A program made the translations under genes and the position numbers. From the NCBI GenBank assembly GCA_013375385.1, contig JABXJY010000001.1, positions 1-35,926 on the forward strand: a stretch of 35,926 nucleotides of DNA, written 5' to 3'. Positions 1-8,130 of the stretch are shown one piece after another (position 1 is the stretch's first letter; every line of letters begins with the position of its first letter). Under the pieces are notes generated by a model. It saw only the letters and a list, made by a program, of their open reading frames with translations, did not search any database and was not told the origin of the DNA. This DNA is from Desulfobacterales bacterium (GTDB lineage Bacteria; Desulfobacterota; DSM-4660; Desulfatiglandales; B25-G16).

Positions 1-489
1 CTTTTGGGTCTCTTGGGAGGGCTTGTGTCAGCTATCGTGATTAATCATTTTCATGGCTCCATTGAACAGATACTTGCCCTCTCATTCTTTATACCAGTGA
101 TAATGGCAATGGGGGGAAGCACAGGCACTCAAGCAGCTGCTGTTGTCATAAGGGGTCTGGCCACCGGAGATATAAGCATAGCCCATACTGGGAAGAGGCT
201 TCTGGTAGAACTGTGGACAGCCCTGATAAACGGTGTTCTCTGCGGTATCCTTTTAGGTCTGGTAGTAGCTTTCTGGTTATCTGATCCTCAACTAGGTTTG
301 GGGGTTGGGGTTAGCCTGATTATTGTAATACTTTTTTCCGGCTCCTTCGGAGCATTTGTTCCTCTTCTCCTTAGAAAGCTCAATATCGACCCGGCGTTAG
401 CTGCAGGACCATTCATTACCACATCAAACGATATACTCGGCCTCCTGATTTATCTCAGCATAATTACCCATCTCTTGATGGCCGGATAA
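1..489 (+). CDS. mgtE: Mg2+ transporter MgtE, C-terminal membrane domain (5' end lies outside the window)
   Basis: Frame 1 is open from base 1. The translation is a run of hydrophobic helices ending in ...AAGPFITTSNDILGLLIYLSI, matching the conserved last-helix motif of MgtE. Confidence 0.8.
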   Translation, partial: LLGLLGGLVSAIVINHFHGSIEQILALSFFIPVIMAMGGSTGTQAAAVVIRGLATGDISIAHTGKRLLVELWTALINGVLCGILLGLVVAFWLSDPQLGLGVGVSLIIVILFSGSFGAFVPLLLRKLNIDPALAAGPFITTSNDILGLLIYLSIITHLLMAG

Positions 490-1417
490 CAAAAAATCTC
501 TTGACTGACCTCTTAATCCTATCCATCAATTCCCACTTTGCCATTGCTTTCGCCAACCTTCTGATCTCAGGAAGCCTCTCTATAGCCGCTGCCTCCCCCA
601 AGGAGATCAACTCCCTTGATTGAGAAAAATCAGTCCAATGGGTGCCACCTAACTCTGGTCTAATAAGAACATCTACATCTTTGAGATCGTAGTTCTCCAG
701 GTGGAAACCCTGTATCTCGCCAGCCCTTACATATATGTCCACAGCTGTTTGAAGCCCTGAGACCAAGGATATATCCCTATCTACAGGTATAGCAATGACC
801 ACATCGGCGCCTTCTTCCCGGGCGCATCGTGCAGGCACGACACAGATAATACCACCGTCAGACAACTGTCGCCCGTCAATCTCAACCGGTGGCAAAGCCC
901 CAGGAACAGCCGAGCTCGCTAGTATTGAACGCCTCAAAGACCCGCTTTTAAGGACAACATATTCACCGCTTAGCAGATCTGTTGCCACAGCCCTAAACGG
1001 TATCACGGTTTCTTCCATTTGAATGTCGGGTACAAAAAACTCAATAAACTCCTCTATCTCCCTTATTGGCAAAATGCTAGCCCTAAATATCCCCTGGGCC
1101 AACCTGATTTTGGTCTTAAAATAGGATTGAATCCGCCTGCTCAGGCTCTGTTCAGCTCCACTTTCTGCATCACCCATGGCCTTGAGCTCAGATGACTGGT
1201 AGAGGTTACTCTCTAAAAAAGACCCAACCCTTTCCTCAAGCTCCTCAACCTTCATGCCACTTGCCAGGGCACCACCCACCACTGCACCCATACTCGTTCC
1301 TACAATAATATCAGGTGTGATCTTCTCTCTTTCCAGCACCTTCATGACCCCTATGTGGGCTAATCCTCTTGCCCCACCACCACCCAAGGCTAACCCGATT
1401 TTCCTGGCTTTTTTCAT
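464..1417 (-). CDS. Patatin-like phospholipase (RssA/YchK-like)
   Basis: GGGGARG oxyanion motif, GTSMG (GxSxG) nucleophile elbow and a later SDGG catalytic Asp motif. I prefer the ATG at 1417 (MKKARKIGLALGGGG) to the upstream alternative start at 1492. Confidence 0.85.
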   Translation of the reverse strand: MKKARKIGLALGGGGARGLAHIGVMKVLEREKITPDIIVGTSMGAVVGGALASGMKVEELEERVGSFLESNLYQSSELKAMGDAESGAEQSLSRRIQSYFKTKIRLAQGIFRASILPIREIEEFIEFFVPDIQMEETVIPFRAVATDLLSGEYVVLKSGSLRRSILASSAVPGALPPVEIDGRQLSDGGIICVVPARCAREEGADVVIAIPVDRDISLVSGLQTAVDIYVRAGEIQGFHLENYDLKDVDVLIRPELGGTHWTDFSQSRELISLGEAAAIERLPEIRRLAKAMAKWELMDRIKRSVKRFFVIRPSRDG

Positions 1418-1648
1418 TCCTGCACCTGATCCAAAAGCAACAAATCCTCCACAAGAAAAATATACCAAAAATCCATTGCCAAAGGCTACCACAATACAAA
1501 GGCCTGATAGTCTTTACTATTGGAAGCAACAATTCAGGCGAGCATAGACAGATAGAGCGTTAGGAAACAGCGCTCCCCGTTCTATCGGCGTGCAAAGCCA
1601 TAGGAAGCACGTGGGGAAGCTTCCATCCTTGAGTGTGAGGAAAAGCGG

Positions 1649-3367
1649 TCATGGATGCCTGCAGATTACGTTGAGTACCGCCTGCCGTTTTTCTTCCCGT
1701 ACCACTCGCAGTGCTCGTTGCAAGGCGGGAACCACCTCTTCTGGATTCTCGACCCGTTCCCCGTGCCCTCCATTTGCCTCGCAGATCATCTCATAGGCCG
1801 GAGACGGCGAAAGCTCGGTGAGGGGAAAATGGTTGGTCTTCACTGCCCACCCCTGTGGGTGAACTCCCTGGGTAGCTCGCCTCACTGCATTCCAGCACTG
1901 ATTGTTAAATATGACCACCACTATCGGTAAGGCATACGCCCTGGAAACAAAATGGCAGGCAGTAGGAGCACTAAAGAGATAACTCCCATCCCCAACCGTC
2001 GCGATGACCGTCTTCTCCGGAGCGGCAAGTTTTGCCCCCAACGCCGCACCCACACCCCAGCCCAGGCCAGAGGCCGGTGAAGAACCGAAGAAACTTCCGG
2101 GTATGTCCAGATCCACCTGCGTTAGAAGCAAATCGTACTCATTGATCAGGATCGTTTCTGCATCCTTGACCCGATTGATGCAGGCGGAAAGCCAGACCAT
2201 ATCGATGGGTTTATCATCTTTGACCGCCTCGGCCTGCTCCCGCCAACCCTGCCTTTGGCGTTCATGTTCTTTCCTCAGCGCCTCAAAGCGCCTGTCGATC
2301 TTTCGCTTTGCTCTCCCCTGGTATCGTACCATCTCCTGAGTGAGCAGGCGGAGCGCCGCTGCCGGGTCAGCAGCCATTGCAATATCCGCCGGATAGCCAC
2401 GAAGGGGATAGCGACTGTAGAGTGGATCCGGGCGCAACTGGATCACCCGTGCCGTCTCTTTGGGTGTTACCACTGTCGGGAACCAGGGGACATCAGAGTC
2501 AATGACCAACACCACATCAGCCTCCCCAAGGTAGGGAGCCGGGTCGAAACCGAGGTGGAGGGGATGGGTCGTAGGGAAGTTCATATACATGTTGTTCAAT
2601 CCTGCCACCACTGGGATGGCAAAGGACTCGGCAAACATGACCAGTGCCTCTACCGCCTGTGGGTCCCTCCCCACCCCGGCGGTGATGATGAGAGGGTGCT
2701 CAGCGTGGGCAAAGAGTTTTGCCACCTCCTGTATCTGGGCTGGATCAGGATGCAGAGCTCCACCGATCTGCTGTCTTCCGCCTGTGGTGAAGGTTATTTC
2801 TGAGTGAGTCTCCGCGAGCACTTCTCGGGGGAGCGCAAGATACACCGGCCCGCGCGGCTCAGCCATAGCGATAGCCAGCGCTCGATCCACTACCGACTCC
2901 AGTTGGGAAAAGTACTTCAGCTCGTAGTCCCACTTGACAAACTCTCGAATCAGGCTTCCCTGATCGAACGACTCCTGCGCCCAGTGGATTTGCACGCTCC
3001 GTGAGCCGACAAACCCCACCTCGGTAAAGGGGGTGCGACCAGCACTGAATATGACGGGGACATTGACCCGGGCAGCGTTCATGATTGCACCGGAGGCATT
3101 GGCAATTCCCACGATCACATGCACCATGACAACCTGTGGTTCTCCCGTAATCATGTAGTAGCCATGGGCCATACTCACACCGAGAAACTCATGAGGCACT
3201 GTAATTGGACGCGGGTATGGTTTCCCTTGCTCAGCAAACTTAGCAAAGCCATCTACCAGGGAGGCAAAATCGGTACCTGCATTGCCAAAGAAGTACTTGA
3301 CGCCCCGATCTCGCAACAGCTCCAGGTAGCCCTGGGCGGTATTCTCAATGGGTATGGTTTTCTCCAT
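1649..3367 (-). CDS. Thiamine-pyrophosphate-dependent enzyme, acetolactate synthase / pyruvate oxidase superfamily (substrate unknown)
   Basis: Three-domain length of about 570 aa. N-terminal FGNAGTD Pyr-domain motif and C-terminal TPP-binding motif GDGSYLF...NN. Start moved to the ATG at 3367, which has GGAGGAGG immediately upstream. Confidence 0.85.
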   Translation of the reverse strand: MEKTIPIENTAQGYLELLRDRGVKYFFGNAGTDFASLVDGFAKFAEQGKPYPRPITVPHEFLGVSMAHGYYMITGEPQVVMVHVIVGIANASGAIMNAARVNVPVIFSAGRTPFTEVGFVGSRSVQIHWAQESFDQGSLIREFVKWDYELKYFSQLESVVDRALAIAMAEPRGPVYLALPREVLAETHSEITFTTGGRQQIGGALHPDPAQIQEVAKLFAHAEHPLIITAGVGRDPQAVEALVMFAESFAIPVVAGLNNMYMNFPTTHPLHLGFDPAPYLGEADVVLVIDSDVPWFPTVVTPKETARVIQLRPDPLYSRYPLRGYPADIAMAADPAAALRLLTQEMVRYQGRAKRKIDRRFEALRKEHERQRQGWREQAEAVKDDKPIDMVWLSACINRVKDAETILINEYDLLLTQVDLDIPGSFFGSSPASGLGWGVGAALGAKLAAPEKTVIATVGDGSYLFSAPTACHFVSRAYALPIVVVIFNNQCWNAVRRATQGVHPQGWAVKTNHFPLTELSPSPAYEMICEANGGHGERVENPEEVVPALQRALRVVREEKRQAVLNVICRHP

Positions 3368-3684
3368 GATTCCTCCTCCATCAGTCGTCACAAGCATACT
3401 CATCAATAACCCAATTTCCTAGCAGAAGACCAAACAAGTTCTGCCCTCAGTCCCTACATCTACTCAGTGATAGGGGTTTGCCTTTTGATGGGCTGGAGTA
3501 TAGAGGGGAGAGGGTTGCGTGTCAAGGGTGAAAGCGTCGCGGACGCATCTCGGGCTTGCGCCAGCGAGATTTAAGACCAAGCTGGGAAACCTCTTCACAC
3601 CGGCACCAACAAAGAGTGTCAATGGAGTAGTGTCTTAGGTTTGACCATGGTAAAGCAAGGTCTCTGCTTTTTTTCGGTTTATGC

Positions 3685-3713
3685 TTGACACCTCTTAGAA
3701 TTTATGTTATGGG
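3685..3713 (+). promoter_or_regulatory. Candidate sigma70 promoter for cstA
   Basis: TTGACA at 3685-3690, a 17-nt spacer, then TGtTATGGG (extended -10-like) at 3705-3713. It would give a leader of about 240 nt. Confidence 0.4.
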
Positions 3714-3958
3714 CAGATACCAATAAAAGTAAGGAGGAAGCTCGTAGGTGGCGGATTGTTTCCCCTGCAGACTCGCAATCGTACCGACTTACCGCCACCT
3801 GGGAGGACCAAAGGTTTTGTAATTGAGGACGGTAAATCCCGAGGGAAGGAGGTGATGCCGAGAAACAAGAGTTGGGAATGGGAAGGGGGCTTTATTCAGC
3901 ATTGGTGGAATAGAGCGTCCATAGAGTTTTCCATCCTTTAGATTAGGAGGGAGTTACA

Positions 3959-5707
3959 ATGAATTCACTTTTGGCCTTGATCATAGCTGTTGTTTGGGTC
4001 ATTTTAGTTTACCGAATCTACGGCCGGTATGTGGATAAAAATATCGTTCAGTCCGACCCAAAGAAGACCACACCGGCCGTGATGTACATGGATGGTGTGG
4101 ATTTCATGCCTGCTAACAAGAATATCCTTTACGGTTTCCAGTTTAAATCCATCTGCGGGTTGGGCCCAATTGTCGGGGCCATCATTGCTGTTCACTGGGG
4201 ATGGCTCCCGGCTTTTCTATACCTGCTCCTAGGTGTGGCCTTCCTGGGCTGGATCCATGATTACACGGCTGCCCAGGTCTCCATCAGGAAAGAGGGGATG
4301 AGCCTGGGAGGAATGAGCTATACCCTGATCTCACCCCGGGGCCGGACCTTGGTCAGCGTTTTCATCTACTTCAACCTGATGTTTGGCTTCGGGGCCTTCG
4401 CCATCTTCATTGCCGGTACTCTGGCCAGGCCTGATGCTCCTTTGGGTATACTCATCTGGATCGCAATGGGCCTTCTGTTCGGCCAGATGATCTATAAGTG
4501 GAAAATGCCTATTATTACCGCCACCTTGATCACGGTGATCGCAACATTTATCGGTATTTTCGTTTTCAGTGGCCTGGGGCCAATCCAGGGCCTTTTCAGG
4601 GCGATAAGCGGCGGTGACCCATCTCCCGTTCTCTTCGGCACGATCACCCAGGCAAAGTTCATATGGATCTTGTTTGTCCTGGCCTTTTGCTACCTCGGGG
4701 CTACCTTGCCCATCTGGCGCTGGGCCCAGCCCATCAATTACCTGGGTTTTTGGGTGGTCTTTCTCGCCATGTGTGCCACAGGGGTGGGGATCCTCATCTG
4801 GCACCCATCCTTCGGCAATTTTCCGGCTTTCACGGGTTTCGTCTGGGCCGGAAAACCCCTATGGCCGCTGATGTTCGTGACCCTCATGTGCGGCGCGGTT
4901 TCCGGGTGGCATTCGCTGGTGAGCAGTTCGGGAACAGCCCGGATGATCGAAAAGGAGACGGATACGCTCCCTGTGGCTGGCGGTTCCATGCTTCTGGAGG
5001 CGATCACGGGGGTGTTGGCCCTGATCATCGCGGTTTCGGCCTTCGGCAGCTTCGAGGGGTATGCAGAGGCCTTCAGGACAGGAAAGGGCTTCGTTTTCGC
5101 AAAGGGAATGAGCAATTTTCTCGGCTACATCGGCATCCCTGAGTCGATGGCCCTGACTTACGCCAACATCGTTTTTGCAATCATTGGCTTTACCCTGATC
5201 CATCTGGGGGTGCGGTTCATGCGCCTCTACGGCTCCGATGTGCTGGGAGAGTTCTGGCCAGCTTTCAAGAACATTCACTTCTCTACCCTCGTCTCCATCG
5301 CGATCTTCGCAGTCTTCTGCTTCACCGGGGTCTTGACTGCACTCTGGATGCTGGGAGGGGCCTTCAACCAGATGCTGGCTGCCATGGCCTTACTCATCTG
5401 TACCTGCTGGCTCGCCTCGGAAAGGAAGAATTACAAGATCACCCTCTTTCCCTCGATATTTCTGGGTGTCACGACCATCTGCGCCGCGCTGGTCATTTCC
5501 TATAAGGGCTTTGTCCACTTCTTTACGACCAAGGATATACCCGTTGACCGGGCCATCGGGGATTGGGTGACTGGAGTGATCGCGGTTCTTTTGGTCATTT
5601 TGGCGATCATTTTGGTCAAAGACGGCTTCGGTTCCATCGCCCGATTTGCGGCTGAGGGGGCTGCAGCGCCTGCCGGCGAAGGAGCCGAGCCTTCTAAAGC
5701 GGAGTAA
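3959..5707 (+). CDS. cstA: Carbon starvation protein A family transporter (peptide/pyruvate uptake family)
   Basis: 582-aa polytopic membrane protein. The N-terminal region (...FQFKSICGLGPIVGAIIAVHWGWLPAFLYLLLGVAFLGWIHDY) matches the CstA signature. SD AGGAGGG lies 8 nt upstream of the ATG. Confidence 0.9.
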   Translation: MNSLLALIIAVVWVILVYRIYGRYVDKNIVQSDPKKTTPAVMYMDGVDFMPANKNILYGFQFKSICGLGPIVGAIIAVHWGWLPAFLYLLLGVAFLGWIHDYTAAQVSIRKEGMSLGGMSYTLISPRGRTLVSVFIYFNLMFGFGAFAIFIAGTLARPDAPLGILIWIAMGLLFGQMIYKWKMPIITATLITVIATFIGIFVFSGLGPIQGLFRAISGGDPSPVLFGTITQAKFIWILFVLAFCYLGATLPIWRWAQPINYLGFWVVFLAMCATGVGILIWHPSFGNFPAFTGFVWAGKPLWPLMFVTLMCGAVSGWHSLVSSSGTARMIEKETDTLPVAGGSMLLEAITGVLALIIAVSAFGSFEGYAEAFRTGKGFVFAKGMSNFLGYIGIPESMALTYANIVFAIIGFTLIHLGVRFMRLYGSDVLGEFWPAFKNIHFSTLVSIAIFAVFCFTGVLTALWMLGGAFNQMLAAMALLICTCWLASERKNYKITLFPSIFLGVTTICAALVISYKGFVHFFTTKDIPVDRAIGDWVTGVIAVLLVILAIILVKDGFGSIARFAAEGAAAPAGEGAEPSKAE

Positions 5708-5731
5708 GGGATCACCTTACTAAGATCGGAC

Positions 5732-5766
5732 GGGAAGGCCTTTTTCAGGCCTTCCCTTTTCTTTTC
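5732..5766 (+). terminator. Rho-independent terminator of cstA
   Basis: Perfect 9-bp stem GGGAAGGCC / GGCCTTCCC with a 7-nt loop, followed by TTTTCTTTT, 25 nt after the cstA stop. Confidence 0.8.
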
Positions 5767-5860
5767 AGGTGAAAAGATGGAACCTATTACATTGGAAGTG
5801 CTCTCTTTAATCCCTGTCTCATTTTGTAATTGACCGCAGAATGAATTCTTTTCAGACCAG

Positions 5861-6148
5861 GTGGGTCTGGTTGGAAAAAGGGATGAGGTTGACCTCAACG
5901 AATATCCAGAGGACATGAAAGCAGACTATCTCTTCCTCAGCAACTGGCTCAGTGAACTGGCCCAAGAATATAAGGAGAAAATTCGAATCGAGATCATCAA
6001 CGTTTCATCGTTCCGCGGGCTTTATAAATCCATCCGGTATTGGACCCAGACCTACCCCACTTTTATTGTGAACAAAAAAGAAAAATGCAGTGGCAGTGAT
6101 AAATCCCAACTCGATCTCATCCTTCAAAGCCATTTGGGTCGTTCCTAA
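5861..6148 (+). CDS. Hypothetical 95-aa protein, possibly with a thioredoxin-like fold
   Basis: GTG-initiated ORF. The C-terminal ...YPTFIVNKKEKCSG... resembles the beta-strand/turn of Trx-fold proteins. There is no CxxC. Its stop overlaps the SD of the next ORF. Confidence 0.4.
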   Translation: MGLVGKRDEVDLNEYPEDMKADYLFLSNWLSELAQEYKEKIRIEIINVSSFRGLYKSIRYWTQTYPTFIVNKKEKCSGSDKSQLDLILQSHLGRS

Positions 6149-6161
6149 GGGAGCCAACGAA

Positions 6162-6659
6162 ATGGCCATCAACCATACAGAGCACAAAATATCCGCCAAC
6201 AATATTCTCTTCGGGCTCACCCATTTCTTAACCCTGACCCTTCCTGTCGGCTGGAGGATAACCAGAAGCTACCTCCAGCCGGACGTACACTCCAACGTTA
6301 GACGCGGTGATCTCCTTTGGGTGGAAGCCGGGCAAACAGACCAGATCGTGTATCATCCCCTGAGGAAAATTGCCCTGGATTTGACCATCGTGATGAAAAG
6401 GGGGAAGCGAGACGAACTCAAAACCAGGGGCGTTGAGGTCCATTCCCAGGGGTCGCTGATGATCAATGGCCACAAAGCCTGTTATTTTCTCGGAGAGGTG
6501 GGTGTGGGATTCCTCAAGAAAAAACTGGCCAGAACGCTGTGTCTTTCATTCCATTGCTCGGAGTTGGGGCGCACGATTATAATCAGATTCACTGGAGCTT
6601 GCCAGGAGGCTGACCTCTACGAAATCTTTGTGTCTCTCTCGGGATTGAAGTGCCACTGA
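6162..6659 (+). CDS. Hypothetical 165-aa beta-rich protein with several Cys/His
   Basis: ATG at 6162 is preceded by AAGGGAG 8 nt upstream, and that SD overlaps the previous stop. No family recognised. Contains CLSFHC and a C-terminal KCH. Confidence 0.5.
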   Translation: MAINHTEHKISANNILFGLTHFLTLTLPVGWRITRSYLQPDVHSNVRRGDLLWVEAGQTDQIVYHPLRKIALDLTIVMKRGKRDELKTRGVEVHSQGSLMINGHKACYFLGEVGVGFLKKKLARTLCLSFHCSELGRTIIIRFTGACQEADLYEIFVSLSGLKCH

Positions 6660-6761
6660 ACCTCCACCGGCCTTGTCTCTGAACCGTCGAAAAAAGTGGG
6701 TGGACCCTGAGAAAGCGGGCGTTCATAGCGGGGCGAAAGCCGAATAAGGATGGGGCGTAAC

Positions 6762-7058
6762 AGGAGATTGGCCATGGTCGAACAGCAAGAGAAGAAAGAA
6801 GGGATCTTAAGAAGATTTACAAAGGCCGCCGGGGAGTTCATTTACGGGATGGCCGGCCACGAGACCGTCCAACTTGCCCTCAAGACCCGCGGGAACCTGG
6901 AGCATATCTTCATCTTGATCACCATGGGTGATCTCCTGGGAGTGCCGATCCTGCGTCCCTATTATTCCCTCCGCATTTTTCCCTACATGGTTCCTAGGGT
7001 AGCTACCTGGAAGCGTAAAATGCTCCAGGAAAGGGACATCACGGACGAGCTTGGATAA
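6762..7058. repeat. Left arm of an approximately 297-bp inverted repeat (small-protein gene plus its RBS)
   Basis: The reverse complement of 9190..9486 aligns along the full length. It shares a 15-nt RBS/start block, a 21-nt block and a 46/47-nt block. Confidence 0.8.
6774..7058 (+). CDS. Conserved 94-aa protein, copy A (paralogue of 9190..9474)
   Basis: AGGAGA SD 6 nt upstream of the ATG at 6774. About 70% aa identity to copy B, with an identical core FILITMGDLLGVPIL. Confidence 0.75.
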   Translation: MVEQQEKKEGILRRFTKAAGEFIYGMAGHETVQLALKTRGNLEHIFILITMGDLLGVPILRPYYSLRIFPYMVPRVATWKRKMLQERDITDELG

Positions 7059-7140
7059 GAGAGACATGGACGAGGAGGGTCTAGGTATAAGAGCCCTTGG
7101 GCCTAATGAATTGCTGAAGGAGCGGATACTGCACTGCCTG

Positions 7141-8127
7141 TCAAGCAAATAGGTATTGAGCCGTCCTGTTGAGCATTGCCGGCCCTTGAACCTCTGTCTC
7201 AAAAAGCGGGACGATGGCCCTGTTTCTATCCCCGAAGGCCTGCCAGATCTTTTCCATGTGCTCCTCCTGCATCTTGACGCGATTGAGGACGAACTCTGGC
7301 GAGTCAGGCTTCACCGTCTCCTTCTCGATCAATCCATTGACGATCACCCCCCCTATGGGTATCCCGAATTCATGGAACCAATTGATGAACCGGGTGATGA
7401 CGGCAATAGGCAGGCTTTCCGGTAGTGTAACGAAAAAGAAAGCGGTTTTCTCCGGGTCGGTCAATAATCCCCTTGCATCGGCCATCCGATCCTTGAACTG
7501 GAGAAGGTAATCCATCAGGGGATCCTCCTCACCCTTTCTCTTCCTGCTGTAGGAGAGCTTTTTCCGCAATTCCTTGGCCTCTCCCCGGCTCTTGAGCAGC
7601 TTCTCCACCCACAGGGAGTAAACCTTGGACATCCCCAGGAGCCTTCGGGCATTGGCCGTGGGCGCGGTGTCAAAGACGTAGATCTCATATTCGTCTCGGA
7701 ATATCAGGTCGAGCATGTTCTCAAACATGGCGGATTCTTCGAATGCGGGGTTCATGGTTGCAGACTCCACGAATTCTTCGGCCTTCACCGTGATGTCCGC
7801 GAACTTCAAAAACCAGCCGATCTTATCACGGATCTCCGTCTTGGAGTGCTCGATGGTTTCTTTGGTGTCGATCTCCAGCGCGTAACAGCCTTCCTCGCCG
7901 CTGATCAGCACTGGCTTGCCAAAGACGTCCTGCTTCAGAAGGTTGCTCAGACTGTGGACAGGATTGGTGGAGGCCAGGAGTGTCTTCTTTCCCTGTTGGG
8001 CAAACCACAGGGCCGCGGCTCCGGCCATGATCGTCTTCCCCACCCCTCCCTTTCCCCCAAAAAAGACGTACTTGAGCTCCGGATGGGCCTCTACATACTG
8101 CCTCGTGGTCTGCGTAATCGTGCCCAT
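7141..8127 (-). CDS. ArsA/Get3-family (SIMIBI) ATPase, second of a tandem pair
   Basis: Deviant Walker A GGKGGVGKT, NPVHSLSN (DPAHSLSD-like) and DTAPTANARRLL (ArsA DTAPTGHT-like switch II). The ATG is 3 nt after the upstream stop, and GAGGGGAGG overlaps that stop. Confidence 0.85.
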   Translation of the reverse strand: MGTITQTTRQYVEAHPELKYVFFGGKGGVGKTIMAGAAALWFAQQGKKTLLASTNPVHSLSNLLKQDVFGKPVLISGEEGCYALEIDTKETIEHSKTEIRDKIGWFLKFADITVKAEEFVESATMNPAFEESAMFENMLDLIFRDEYEIYVFDTAPTANARRLLGMSKVYSLWVEKLLKSRGEAKELRKKLSYSRKRKGEEDPLMDYLLQFKDRMADARGLLTDPEKTAFFFVTLPESLPIAVITRFINWFHEFGIPIGGVIVNGLIEKETVKPDSPEFVLNRVKMQEEHMEKIWQAFGDRNRAIVPLFETEVQGPAMLNRTAQYLFA

Positions 8128-8130
8128 ATT

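Noticed and set aside
464-1417. Patatin-like lipase as a CBASS/anti-phage effector (CapV-like)
   Set aside because: No cyclase (CD-NTase), other defence gene or mobile-element marker is adjacent. Its neighbours are mgtE and a metabolic TPP enzyme, so it looks like a housekeeping RssA-type lipase.
3756-3941. 61-aa ORF in the cstA leader
   Set aside because: The alternative start has no RBS, and the first half runs through the leader hairpin. Only the distal 28-codon ATG-initiated part is kept, as a speculative uORF finding.
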